The translations under genes were made by a program, and so were the position numbers. From assembly GCA_951406725.2 (NCBI GenBank), contig OX597824.1, forward strand, positions 94,612,001 through 94,676,000: a stretch of 64,000 nt of DNA, in the 5' to 3' direction. Below, one piece after another: positions 1-13,560 of this stretch. This stretch comes from Octopus vulgaris (Eukaryota). Below the pieces are notes generated by a model. The model did no database searches. It saw only the letters and a list, made by a program, of their open reading frames with translations, and was not told the origin of the DNA. Position 1 is the first letter of the stretch. Every line of letters begins with the position of its first letter.

Positions 1-11
1 AACCTCTCTTT

Positions 12-87
<76 letters not shown>

Positions 88-99
88 CATATTCATATA

Positions 100-227
100 T
101 CTATTATATAAAATTCGGTGTCTTCTAGGATCTCGGGCATCCTCCATCCTATTGCGCTCAAATTTGATATGTAGATACCGATAGTATCAGGGCGTGTATA
201 AGTCTTGAAAAAATTTCAAAAATCGAT
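100..227 (+). mobile_element. 5' fragment of a non-autonomous Helitron-like element
   Basis: Begins A|TCTATTATATAAAA, the same style of 5' end as the complete Helitrons in this window. Truncated by the SINE at 228. Confidence 0.35.
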
Positions 228-593
228 TCTTTTACTTGTTTCTGTCATTTGACTGCGGCCATGCTGGAGCAAATCGACACCAGGAATATTCTTTGTAAGC
301 CTAGTACTTATTCTATCGGTCTCTTTTGCCGAACCGCTAAGTTACGGGGACGTAAACACACCAGCATCGGTTGTCAAGCGATGTTGAGGGGACAAACATA
401 GATGCACAAACATATACACACACATACATATATACATATATACAACGGGCTTCTTTCAGTTTCCGTCTACCAAATCCACTCACAAGGCTTTGGTCGGCCC
501 AAGGCTATAGCAGAAGACACTTGCCCGAGGTGCCACTCAGTGGAACTGAACCCGGAAAAGCAAGCTACTTACCACACAGCCACTCCTACGCCT
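228..593 (-). mobile_element. SINE family A (tRNA-like head, CORE-like segment, internal microsatellite, LINE-derived tail)
   Basis: Minus strand reads AGGCGTAGGAGTGGCTGTGTGGTAAG (A box), GGTTCAGTTCC (B box), CCTCGGGCAAGTGTCTTC, then the tail ending GACAGAAACAAGTAAAAG. Has small internal deletions. Confidence 0.85.
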
Positions 594-754
594 ATAATTT
601 GTTTCCTATGTACATTTCACCATTGTGGTTATCAGTGCCCTCTGCAGAGGGCGTTCTAAGTGCGTTTGGATTCTGAAACCCAACACTTCATCCGGGGAAC
701 ATTTTATGGCATTCTGTTACACTAATTAAACAAATTAACATATATACATATTTA

Positions 755-794
<40 letters not shown>

Positions 795-912
795 CATGTG
801 AGTGTGTATGTATGCATGCATGTATGTCTATGACTATCCCCAAATATAGCAATATATATATATATATATATGTATATACAATATCTGCAATATATACACA
901 CACACACGCACA

Positions 913-965
<53 letters not shown>

Positions 966-1106
966 ACACATATATATAATTATAAGTATATATGTATGTA
1001 TATATATGATTGCATATATGTGTTTGCGAGTGTTTGTATGTGTTTACATGCGTTTACATGCGTACGTGCCTATGTGTGTGTGTTTGTGTTTGTGTGTGTG
1101 TGTGTT

Positions 1107-1176
<70 letters not shown>

Positions 1177-1379
1177 TGTGTGCATGTGTAAGATGAAACG
1201 TAAATCATATTTTCGGCTTTATGGATTTTTATTTACATAGACATGAAACACATATTTGTTCCATTAGATAATATATAACAGTCGTCAGAGCTTCCCCACA
1301 GGTGTATATCGACCAAATGTACCTGCACTCACAACAAAAACAACGATCAAAGATATTATATAAGAGGGAGCGTGTCCAG

Positions 1380-1380
<1 letters not shown>

Positions 1381-1410
<30 letters not shown>

Positions 1411-2252
1411 TGTATGTATGTATGTATGTATGTATGTATGTATGTATGTATGTGTGTATGTATGTATTTATGTATGTGTGTAAGTATGTATGTATATATG
1501 TATGTATGTATGTATATATGTATGTATGTGTGTGTATGTGTTTATGTATGTATGTGTGTTTGTGTGTAATTATGTATGTATGTATGTATGTATGTATGTA
1601 TGTATGTATGTATGTATGCATGTATGTATGTATGTATGTATGAATGTATGTAAGTATGTATGTATATATGTATGTATGTATGTATATATGTATGTATATA
1701 TGTATGTATGTATGTATATATGTATGTATGCGTGTATGTGTGTAATTATGTATGTATGCATGTATTCATGTATGTATGTACGTATGTATGTATGTATGTA
1801 TGTATGTATGTATGTATGTATGTATGTATGTATGTATGTATGTATGTATGTATGTATGTATGTATGTATGTATGTATGTATGTATGTATGTATGTATGTA
1901 TGTATGTATGTATGTATGTATGTATGTATTTAAGGATGTATGTATGTAAGTATGTATGTAAGTATGTATGTATGTATGTATGTATGTATGTGTGTATGTA
2001 TGTATGTATGTATGAATGTATGTATGTATGTATGTATGTAAGTATGTATGTATGCATATGTATGTATGCATGTATGTATGTAAGTATGTATGTATGTATG
2101 TATGTATGTATGTATGTATGTATGTATGTATGTGTGTATGTATGTATGTATGTATGAATGTATGTATGTATGTATGTATGTAAGTATGTATGTATGTATG
2201 TATGTATGTATGTATGTATGTATGTATGTATGTATGTATGTATGTATGTATA
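1381..2252. repeat. (TATG)n microsatellite tract
   Basis: About 870 bp of imperfect TATG repeats. Confidence 0.97.
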
Positions 2253-2264
2253 TGATATGATACC

Positions 2265-2400
2265 ACAGCAGTGATCACAAGATCAGTTCCATCTTGGGTT
2301 CGATCCCACAGCACAGCATCTTCGGCAAGTGTCTTTTGCCATTGACTCGGGTGACCCAAGCGTTCCGAGTGAAATTGTTTGGACAGGAACTGTGCGGATT
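2265..2400 (+). mobile_element. Diverged SINE-A-related head
   Basis: GGTTCGATCCC B box followed by ATCTTCGGCAAGTGTCTT, matching the CORE-like segment. Confidence 0.55.
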
Positions 2401-2483
2401 TATTACACACGTACAAGTTATGTCACACAATGTGTCACATTTATCTTTGCCGCGGAATTACGATAATGTGGAATATACATACA

Positions 2484-2875
2484 CTAGCAGTATCACCCGG
2501 CGTTGCTAGGGTTTGTTTCGACCCTTTAGAATTGGAATTTTTGAAAAGTAAAAATTCTGCATTATGTAGCTTGTTATTCTCTTCAAGTGAACATTTTTCT
2601 GGTTGAAATACACCGAAAAGTGGCGGCACAGCAGTCAAAAAATCGTAAAAAAATAGGGATTTTCATAGAAAAAAGCACCTTTTTGATGTAAATAATTTTT
2701 GGTGTTAAGATGGTCTGATTTGAATTTTTTCTTCTATGGAAGGAAGAGCAAGCCTTCTTCTATCATAATCTCAATTTTGGTCAACTTGCGCCGCAGGGTC
2801 TCGGAGGAGATAGTGTTAGTTGAAGGCTACCAAACCTGCCACACACAGACAACTTCAGCTTTATATAGAGAGAGA
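2484..2875 (-). mobile_element. Non-autonomous Helitron, 392 bp (family H1)
   Basis: Minus strand: 5' TCTCTCTCTATATAAAG, 3' hairpin CCTAGCAACGCCGGG followed by terminal CTAG. Inserted between A and T. Close copy at 27866-28257. Confidence 0.8.
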
Positions 2876-3024
2876 TAACACACACACGTTAATACACATA
2901 CATACACACACACACATACACACACACATGTATGTATGTATGGATGTATGAATGTATATATGTACATCTGTCCACTTCTTGCCATATTTTTATCCTTCAC
3001 TTCCTACACACACACACACACACA

Positions 3025-3068
<44 letters not shown>

Positions 3069-3434
3069 TACACACACACACCATCTTACACAATTTCTTT
3101 CTTTCAACAATTGACAACTGAAGTACGCTCGCCAATGAATACTACCAAAAGTTAGCGACAGATGTCTGTTTCCTTTTTTTTTCTTAGGATTGGTTTAAGC
3201 ATTAATAAGAGAAAGTAGCAGAATGTGTGATCTGTAGGAGAAAGTGTGGTAATAGCAGGAGTAAAGCATTTGAAATGAGAGAGGCAAATCGTGAAATATT
3301 GAGTTTTCTCGAATTTTTGCTGAATTGGGGGTGAAATTGAAAAAAATGTATATGCCATGACCCAATGGAATCTACTTCGAAAAATCATACAATTGTATTA
3401 AAAACAAACTATGTGGGAGGCAGATAAAATCTGC

Positions 3435-3481
3435 CTTTTATCATAAGAGATACATATATGTGTGTGTGTGTGTGTGTATGA

Positions 3482-3513
<32 letters not shown>

Positions 3514-3554
3514 GAATATATATATGCATATATATATATGTATGTATATATATA

Positions 3555-3635
<81 letters not shown>

Positions 3636-3667
3636 ATATACATATATATGTATACATACATACATAT

Positions 3668-3702
<35 letters not shown>

Positions 3703-3981
3703 CTTACATACATATACAAACATATATATATATATATACATATGCATATTTATACATATATGTACATATACACACATATATATATATAAACATATACACA
3801 GACACGTACACATATATATGCATATATATACTTTTATCTCTATGTATGCGTGTGTGTTTGTATATGTATACACTCATATACACGCACATATGTACGTGTG
3901 TCTATGCGTGTGTATGTTTGTGTGTGTATGTGTGTGTGCACGCGCGGGTATTTGTTTGTGTGTGTGTGTGAGCGCACGCAC

Positions 3982-4022
<41 letters not shown>
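3435..4022. repeat. Compound (TA)n/(CA)n/(TG)n microsatellite
   Basis: Direct inspection. Confidence 0.95.
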
Positions 4023-4024
<2 letters not shown>

Positions 4025-4516
4025 ATTGCAACACCCTAACCATGCTAACCACCAGGTCACGTCCCCTCACATTGTATTTGTATACAAGTTCAGAAAGTTT
4101 TCTTATTTTCCAGGAAAATTTTTTAAAAAATTGGCTGAAATGAAATATAATAAAGAAAACTAAAGGATAATATTTACATTGTTCGTTACATTACGTAAAT
4201 ATCCAACTTTATTCAACTTTAAGTTTTTTCATTGCATTTCCTTGGGAAATCTGAAGACTTTATGTGTGTCTGCATAAAAAGAAACTAAAGAACAATTGCT
4301 TCATTTTTTTTCCTGACTAACCTTATCATTATTATTATTATTATTATTAGCTGTATACATATATGTAATTTCTTTTGCAGCGGAACAGAAAATAAGTAAA
4401 TAACGTAAAACACGGTAAACTTTTATGCCTGAGGTATTTCCGTTTACTTTCAATGTATCAGCGTTCGATATTTAAGTACATTTCCATATGTGCAGGTACG
4501 CGCGCGTGAGTACATG

Positions 4517-4548
<32 letters not shown>

Positions 4549-4687
4549 AAGTGTGCGTGTATATAGATTTTTGTTTTCGAAAACGCCAGAATTGAAGAGG
4601 GAAATTTTCAAATTTTATTGTTGCGCCATAATAACCTGTGGCCTAAATTCATATGTTTAACATACACACACACACACACACACACGC

Positions 4688-4769
<82 letters not shown>

Positions 4770-4774
4770 GTAGA

Positions 4775-4985
4775 AAAATACAAACTGGGACAAGAACGCA
4801 AAACATTTAGAAGACGATACAAAAAGCACGGACAGGACATTCGAAGCCTTCAATCTTCAGTCAAGAACCGGATCATCGTAGCAATTTCGGCTGATTAATC
4901 TTGAGATCGCTCCGATCCGGTCAGCTCCAAGGAAAAACTAAGCTACGAGCATTAGTATTTCTTGGAAGAAGAATCGAATGTATAC
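4775..4985 (-). mobile_element. Short dispersed repeat, PLE pseudo-LTR-like, related to 50880-51085
   Basis: Reverse complement AGCTTAGTTTTTCC...CAGCCGAAATTGCTACGATGATCCGGTTCTTGACTGAAGA aligns with AGCTTAGATTTTCT...CAGCCGAAACTGCAACGACGATCTGGAACTTGACTGACGA at about 50882-50970. Confidence 0.5.
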
Positions 4986-6573
4986 GAAGTGTGTGTGTGT
5001 GTGTGCGTGTGTGCGTGTGTGAGTAAGTATGCGCTTATCAGTGAGATTTCCACTGCTCCCCTATATTTTTCTCTTCCCTCTCGCCATTTGCTTGTTTTTG
5101 TCTTTGTCTTACTTCCATTGTGAAGCGTATGGTCGCAACTCGGGACCACTGAATGTGAAGGGTATTGGCCGCTGCAACAGAGGTCCCGATGCTCAGTCAC
5201 GAAACTGGAAACATAGACAGAAATATTTTGCTATCTTGTACGTTATGCATTTGAAGAAAATCTGGTTACTATTTCAGGCCGATCAAATATCTACGCATAA
5301 ATTCTTATGTCGACAGGTGTGTTTAAGTGGAAGCATGTGTTTAAAATATTTCGTTTATGGTATTTATCTACAAGGGGATTTATTCGTTTGCTCTATATTA
5401 TAAGTAATGCAATGTTTACGTAGAGTGAACAAATTGAGATGTGGTTGAGTGCACCTACTGCAGCTGTAGGGTTTTCCTTGTCACACCTCTTTGATTCTGG
5501 TTAATTATTTGCGTAGTTTGGCAACAAGATCGTTGGATGGGAACTATGAGATAAAGGAGGAAGAAGAGGTTCGGTTTTCGTTGTAGACAGGTGAACATCA
5601 TATAATTATCAAGGTATATATATTTATAAGTGAAATATTTAACATATTTTGAGATATTTGCGCATATATACAGGCAGACACACCCACCTGTATGCGTGTG
5701 TGAGTGTGTATGTTCTATATATGCATGTATGTATGCATGTATGCATGTGTGTGTGTATGTATGCATGTATGTATGTATGTATGTGTGAAAGTGTATGTAT
5801 GTGTATTTGAGGCACGATTAAGAAATTGTAGATTCCATTCCAGATCGGGCGGCGTGTCGTGTCGTACCTTTCAGCAAGGCATTTCCTTTCACGCTGATCC
5901 TATCTACGCATCTGACATATGGGTGTGCGTGTGTGTACATATAAGCGCACACACACACACATATATGGAATATGTATGCATATATATATTATATGGTATA
6001 TATTATGTGGTAAATGAAAGAGGGAAGATGGAATATACGAGACATTTTATTAATCACGGCAATTGTTTCAACACATCTAGTATCGATCCCTCACGGGTGA
6101 GATCACTTGCCAACTGGTTCGTGTGCATCCGGCGGTGCAGATGTGTCTCATCGGGTGATAAATAGACACAACTCGTTCAAATAACAGTTCCGCAATCTAT
6201 CTTCTCATTTCGTAGAAAGAAAAGCAGCAAAACGAAGGAAATATCTTCATTTATGTAGAATGTCAAAACTAAAATCACAGATGCAAAAAAGAAACGAACA
6301 GGCAATGCAGCGGGAAAAAATATTGAAAAGAACCATCAACGGATAGGGATGTAGAAACGCCCCCGCGTAAGCTGCATGGCGCGTGTACGCTCGCTCATAG
6401 AAGCATCTTTGAAAATGTAAGCATATGCTCACGTGTGGTTTGGTGCACACACGACCACAAGGGGAGTTAAATAGCTACTTGGTGTCTATAAGAACGAGAT
6501 GTTAAAGCTAAACAATTCATCCATACCTTAAAGTAAATTATGATAACAGTTACTCAAATTCATTCCCACTGCA

Positions 6574-6945
6574 CTATGCGAAAGTACAGTCATATGCGTG
6601 TAGGCAACTTGAGAGTCTTTCAGACATTCTATTAATGATCGTATTTATCAACAGAATACACAGGGATTCCTCGGAGCAGAGACGGCGTCTCCTGGGAATG
6701 ATATTGTTTGGTTTTGCCAGCCTTACTATGAACCAAGTTATGTTGTACTTAATTTTATCTTCCTTTAGTCGCCATACAAAATAGTCCAAATATGTTGAAT
6801 GTCTCTTACTGATTCTTTTGAAGATGACATGGTTGCAATAACAATTATTAAATGAATCAGCCGTCTGCCCAATGTAACTATACGGCCCTCCCCTTGTGTG
6901 CACGATACATTTATATACAAGATTTGTACTCATACAGAGGATCAT
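6574..6945 (-). pseudogene. Penelope-like element GIY-YIG endonuclease remnant
   Basis: LVYKC..(10 aa)..YIGQT..F...Y.NH..F......ST.L...VW.LK......I.W.IV..A.P......LC.EE...I.....N..SE..S.C.H matches the C-terminal GIY-YIG domain of Neptune-type PLE ORFs. Confidence 0.8.
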
Positions 6946-7028
6946 CAGTGGGCATTTTGATTTTTCTTTGCATGAGCATTTACCATATTTATCAGAACTA
7001 CCATATACATATAAATAGATACAACTCG

Positions 7029-7093
<65 letters not shown>

Positions 7094-7317
7094 TGTGTGT
7101 GTGTGTGTGTGTAGTAAAAATCTAAAGAAAGGAGGGAAGTTTACTATGAGAAAAGTGAAAAATATGATATACATCTTTTCTGTTGGTGTCTTAGATTTTG
7201 ACATTTTAAAATTAAGTATATTGATCTACCTTTTTCACTGAATCCTACTTTGTTATTCATTTATTCCAGAAAAATTTTAGAAAAATGTAACAGAGATTTA
7301 AAGTTTGACTATTTTTA

Positions 7318-7437
7318 TAGATGGAATAAGAACTAGACTTACAAAGAATAAGTCCTGGGATTCATTTGTTCGACTAAAGGCGGTGCTCCAGCATGGCCGC
7401 AGTCGAATGACTGAAAGAAGTAAAAGAATAAAAGAAT
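7318..7437 (+). mobile_element. SINE family A, 3' tail only
   Basis: GGCGGTGCTCCAGCATGGCCGCAGTCGAATGACTGAAAG plus (TAAAAGAA)n. Confidence 0.8.
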
Positions 7438-7509
<72 letters not shown>

Positions 7510-7531
7510 GCATGCACACACATATACACAT

Positions 7532-7945
7532 ATATATATGAAAGAAGGTTTGAAAATGCAATTTTAAAGATGTCTATTCACTTGACCGATTTCACTTTTT
7601 TAGAAAGCGATTGTCAAAAGTAAAATGTAAAGCTTTGTGTAAGCTTTGTTGTGTTAAGTATTGGTTGTCACAAAAGTATTAAAATATTTTCATTGAATAC
7701 TTTCTTAAATACTTTCTTGTAAACTATTTTTAACATTTTCAAAGAATGTATAACTATATTTTAATACTTTTGTGACAACCAATACTTAACGCAACAAAGC
7801 TTATACAAAGCTTTACATTTTACTTTTGACAATCTTTTTCTAAAAATGTGAAACCGGTAGAGTGAATAAAAATCTTTAAAATTGCATTTGCAAACCTTCT
7901 TTCATATATATTTCCACTCGTGCCGTATCTTACAACTTTACTTTG
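7532..7945. mobile_element. Foldback (palindromic) non-autonomous DNA element
   Basis: Inverted arms of about 155 bp (7532-7687 and 7756-7911). The right arm continues to CCACTCGTG...CTTTG. Related copy at 23765-24042. Confidence 0.7.
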
Positions 7946-7959
7946 ATACATACATACAT

Positions 7960-8039
<80 letters not shown>

Positions 8040-8350
8040 CGTTTTTGGATTTGGTTTGCAAGATTCTTTATATGAGTTCGTGTGTTGAAGCATATTCTGT
8101 TGTATCTGGGGAGAGTCATTTTCTTTTTGTGCCTTATAATGTAACACACTTTTGCAGGAAGAACTGCTTCGGCCTGGCTATGTTCTGCCCTTACCTTCGA
8201 AACACGAACCAGGGGCAGCTGATGAAGGGGAATTTTCCTTGTATTGTTTGTCCTGTACTCTGTTTTTTTCGTTGTTAAAAGTCCGTTTCCTTGTTTGATT
8301 TTATGTTTTCGTTTCTCGTTGTGTTCTACGTTTATTTCTGGTGTCCTGTA

Positions 8351-8353
<3 letters not shown>
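8040..8353 (+). mobile_element. (TA)n-flanked short element with CGAAAC...GGGGCAGCTGATGA motif (PLE pseudo-LTR-like)
   Basis: Flanked by (TA)n on both sides. Motif shared with 21283-21330. Confidence 0.4.
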
Positions 8354-8390
<37 letters not shown>

Positions 8391-9220
8391 TGTATATATA
8401 CATATAGATGTAAGTATGTACATATATGTATGTATATATGCATATATTTTTTTTTATTATATATATATATATATATATATAATGCCACAGAAATTCGTTG
8501 TGAAACAAGTAATCTAGAAGAAGCTCAATGCGCTATATCTTAAATATATCTTATGGAGAATAAATAAGTAGATAGAAAGACACATTTCCAGGCAGATAGA
8601 AAAACAACTAAGCGAAAGAAGAGACAGCGAGATATGGGTGACTTCGTTTTTAGTTACATGAATTATGAATGGAAAGTATATATACATTGCACGAACGACA
8701 TCACAGCTACTCTTTCTTTTTGTGTCTACGAGGTAGTAAATGAAACCAAAGTGTTCGGTTAATGAATCTACAGTTGACGTAGGAAAACAAACAAAATGTA
8801 CTTTCTGTACACATACAAATGACGTACGTAACTGTGTGTGCGGTTAAAAGTGTGGATTTTTTGCTGTTTGGTTAAGAAGTTCGTAGGACTTGATTAGGGC
8901 TCATAGAGGCCCTAAGCACTTAAAAGATTTTGGTGCCTCCATATATATATACATATATATAGTAATAATAATAATTTGAGGGAATATTATTCCTAACTTA
9001 CAGAGCAAAATTCAATTTAGAAATACTATATCAAATTTCACAAAATATAATATATATATATAAAAATTAGAAAAAAACCCACCTTTTATCAATTCAAAAT
9101 GAACAATTAAATTACACCATCTAGAAAATTACATATAATAGAAATATTAAATATAAAATAACAATAATATACCTATGATTAAGTAATCTGCAAAATAATA
9201 AATAAAACGTAAATATTTGG

Positions 9221-9453
<233 letters not shown>

Positions 9454-9483
9454 ATTTGAATAACACCGGTGCTTAACTCCATT

Positions 9484-9582
<99 letters not shown>

Positions 9583-9692
9583 GCGCGTGCACATACACAC
9601 ACAGAGAGAACCTGCACTAATTATTCACCATATATCAGTGCAAAATACGCTATCTTACAGGTAGCGTGTTAGCACTAGTACGTGTGCGCGTA

Positions 9693-9724
<32 letters not shown>

Positions 9725-10494
9725 ATATTATGTGTATGTATTGATGGATGAAGGGAGGGGCCGAAAGGCGGTGAGGGTGGGGAGAGGTTGGAAGGAAAGG
9801 GACGGAAGGGAGACATGTATTAAATATATTGATAATCAACCTAAAAATGAACAGCATGCTCGTATCATTGTTTAATGACTTTGTAGTTAGGAATACAAAG
9901 TATTTTTTTTAACGAAAGAACTTTCTGGATCTCATAAAATCCGTCTCATTTTTCCCCAGCCATTTATGGTCTCCTTTTTTTGGTCCCCCACCCATCTCGT
10001 CCTGCTATTATTTTCCCTACATCTGTCCCTTCATTTTGTTACTTAATTTTTTTCCCTGAGGCACCGACCTCCTCCACTCCCTCCCTCCAGCCCCCCCCCC
10101 CCCCTCGCTTATCTTCAGTTCTTCCTTACCATTCCTTCCGAAGCACCCTTTGCAATTTATATGCACTTGTTATTACCTTCTCTTCCCACTATTCTTCTAC
10201 TCCCCACCTCCTCACATCGCTACCCTTCCTTTCTCTGCGCTCTTCTTTCCCTCCTCCTCCTCCTCCTCATCCTCCCACTCGTCGTCGTCGTCGTCATCAC
10301 ACCTGCCTGATCGTTTAGAGTTAGGCAATCAAAGGATTCAAAAGTTCTACCTATACCCTCCTCCGCCACTGCCACCCACACCAGCACCAACGCCACTATC
10401 ACCTCCAACACCCCCACCCCCACCACCACCATCACCACTGTTCAAACATGTTTCCTTACTCATTTCCCTTCGTTCTTTGTCTTTTTTCTCTTTC

Positions 10495-10596
10495 TATCAA
10501 ACCTTCTGTATGTCTTTCTCTTTCATATATATATATATATACACATATACATACATATATATATATATATATACATTCACATAAATATACATACAT

Positions 10597-10652
<56 letters not shown>

Positions 10653-10653
10653 A

Positions 10654-10705
<52 letters not shown>

Positions 10706-10883
10706 AATATACATATATATATATATATACATATATACATACATGTATATATATACATACATATACATATATATACATATATATACATATACATACATAT
10801 ACATACATATACACATACATATACATACATATACATACATATATATATATATATTATATACACATATATATATATATATACAT

Positions 10884-10960
<77 letters not shown>

Positions 10961-11011
10961 CATTTATATATATATATATATGAAAGAGAAAGACATACAG
11001 AAGGTTTGATA
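10495..11011. repeat. Perfect 31-bp inverted repeat enclosing a TA-rich microsatellite
   Basis: TATCAAACCTTCTGTATGTCTTTCTCTTTCA (10495-10525) is the exact reverse complement of 10981-11011. Confidence 0.9.
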
Positions 11012-11473
11012 TACATACATATATATATTCATATATATATATATATATCTCCACCACTCGCTTCTACCACCACCGCCATCCAACTTACCTGCGAAGACGT
11101 CCTGCCTGCCACGTGGCAATATCCCGTACAGACACATCAACATATATTAACGTAAACGATTTATCAAAAGACCGCTTAGTGCATTAGGCATATGTACACG
11201 AGTTCTTGTTGTTGTTGTTGTTGTTGCTACCACTGCTACTGCTGCAGTTGCTGTTGCTGTTGTTATATATGTCTATACACCATCCCACACCATCATCCAC
11301 ACACCTACACATGCACACATACACACGTCAAGGTCACCAGCACCTATCCACATGCCCATACACGATCCCACATACACACGCACACGTACCTTTGTTTTGA
11401 GATCACCACTACTTTTTTTTATCTCCCCTTCTTCCTAGCTCTCCTGTCTGACCACCTCTGTCCGGCATTTGCC

Positions 11474-11657
11474 ATGATTGACCGCTAGCCACTAAACCTT
11501 TTTTATTTTCTATCTCTGCATATTTCTGTGTTTCTCTCTGTTGAAGAGCGTAGGCTCGAAACGTGAAAGAATTTCTTACTTTCCGAGCGTTAAACTAATA
11601 CATCCGTTTGTTGTTTACACACCCGTCTTCGTCTTTTTTTTTTTTGTAAATTCCGAC
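11474..11657 (+). mobile_element. ~180-bp hammerhead-like element (family R1)
   Basis: CTGTTGA-A-GAGC-GTAG-GCTC-GAAACGT at 11538-11564. Homologous along its whole length to 25731-25908 and 42980-43165. Ends in (TA)n. Confidence 0.7.
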
Positions 11658-11819
11658 TATATATATATATATATTATTGGATGAATGTATGTTCGTCCTT
11701 TAATTGGAATTTTTTTTCCTAAGATTTCTAATGTCTTTTATTCATACTTTACTTCCGAATTTTCTTATATAAATTCGTATAGGTATGAAAGCTTTTATAG
11801 AAATAATTACTAAATGATT

Positions 11820-13075
11820 TTTTTCATCTAATTTCAGCTCACGAGCTGTGGTCATGCTGGGACACCGCCATTTGGTGTTGCTACATGATTTTTCTTCACG
11901 GATGCTTTTTAGCAATTGCTATTTGGTGCATGAGAGAGTTTGATGCAGCTGCCCTCATTTGCATCTTCTGCTGTGAAATTGGTTCATCTGGGACACCTGA
12001 CAGGAAGAGGTCCAGCTTTATTTTGAAGACACCTACATCCTCCCCATGCAGGTCTCTCAGGTCCTTCGGGAGGATATTGAAGAGCTGTGGACCTCTGAAG
12101 CCCAGGCTATTGCAGTGTCTTGTCCTACATCTTGATGGCAAATTTGGAGTCCTTGGCACTATGCAGTGGCGCCCAGTTCTAGTATTTGTGTAACTCTCGA
12201 TGCCAAAGTTTGGGACAAGTCCTTCCAGGATCTTCCAGATATATATTATGGCATATCTTTCTCGCCCACGCTCTAAGGAATAGAGTCTTAATCTCTTGAG
12301 TCTTTCCCAATAGATTATATGCTGCATAGAGGCTATCTTCTTCGTGTAGATTCGTTGGATTGCCTCAAGTTCTGATATTAATTTGACACTGGTTGGTGAC
12401 CATAGCTGAGAGCAATAGTCAAAGTGGCTTAGGACAAGTGTCCTCCAGAGGACCATCATGGTTTCCTGGTCTCTTGTTCTAAAATTTCGAAGAATCCATC
12501 CGGTCAGCCGCCTACATTTCATTGCCAATTTAGCAACATGCACATGAAAGGTTGCATCATTACTCATGTAAATGCCCAGGTCTCGCACTGATTGTGCCTC
12601 TGGGACTGCAATCCCTCCAGGTCCAGTGTATTTATTGGGTATTGCATTTAGTTTTGCATGCTGATAGCACAAAGCTCGAAACTTTTCAGCATTAAACTGC
12701 ATGCTATTCTTTTCAGCCCACTTGTATATTTCTTCCAGCTCACATTGCAGGCGTTTAGTGTCTTCAGGGTTCTGTATTACCTGTGAAACTTTTGTATCAT
12801 CTGCATAACTTGTGATCGTGGCTCTCTGTGTGGCTGAGGGCATGTCTGAGAGGGCCATTATGAATAGTAGTGGTCCCAAAACAGTGACCTGCGGAACACC
12901 GCTCACTATTTGCGTGTCATTGGAGGTGGTCCCATTGGCTACTACCACCTGACTTCTATCCTCCAGAAAGTCATGAAGCCATTCTCCCAATTTTCCAATT
13001 ATGCCAAAATCACGCAGTTTGTGACATATTCCATGATCGACTTCATCAAAGGCCTTTGCAAAGTCGAGATATATC
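11820..13075 (-). mobile_element. 5'-truncated CR1-group LINE: RT domain, C-terminus and 3' UTR
   Basis: Open frame 13074-11896 with YLDFAKAFD, SGVPQ.TVLGPLLF, YADD, DLGI, LYSLER.RERY. 3' UTR with stem-loop at 11832-11869. The first 24 aa of the called ORF are only (CAT)n repeat. Confidence 0.92.
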
Positions 13076-13560
13076 ATCATCATCACCATCATCATCATCG
13101 TCATCATCACCACATGCAATGCCACCACTAAAGCCACCACCACCACCCACCATCATCATCATCATCACCACCACCATCATAATCACATCATCACCATCAC
13201 CACCACCACCACCACCACCACCACCATCATCATCATCATTACCACCACCATCATCATCATCATCATCATCATCATCACCATCACCACCACCACCACCACC
13301 ACCACCACCATCATCATCATCATTACCACCACCATCATCATCATCATCATCATAATCACCATCACCACCACCACCACCACCACCACCACCATCATCATCA
13401 TCATTACCATCATCACCATCATCATCATCATCATCATAATCACCATCACCACCACCACCACCACCACCACCACCATCATCATCATCATTACCACCACCAT
13501 CATCATCATCATCATCATCATCATCACCATCACCACCACCACCACCACCAGATCATCATT

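Noticed and set aside
371-676. Recurring peptides such as [14 protein letters not shown] and YQIHSQGFGRP
   Set aside because: Antisense translations of SINE A. Recurrence reflects repeat copy number.
688-2416. ORFs of VCVC, YIYI, MYVC and HTHT type here and throughout the window
   Set aside because: Translations of dinucleotide and tetranucleotide microsatellites, not genes.
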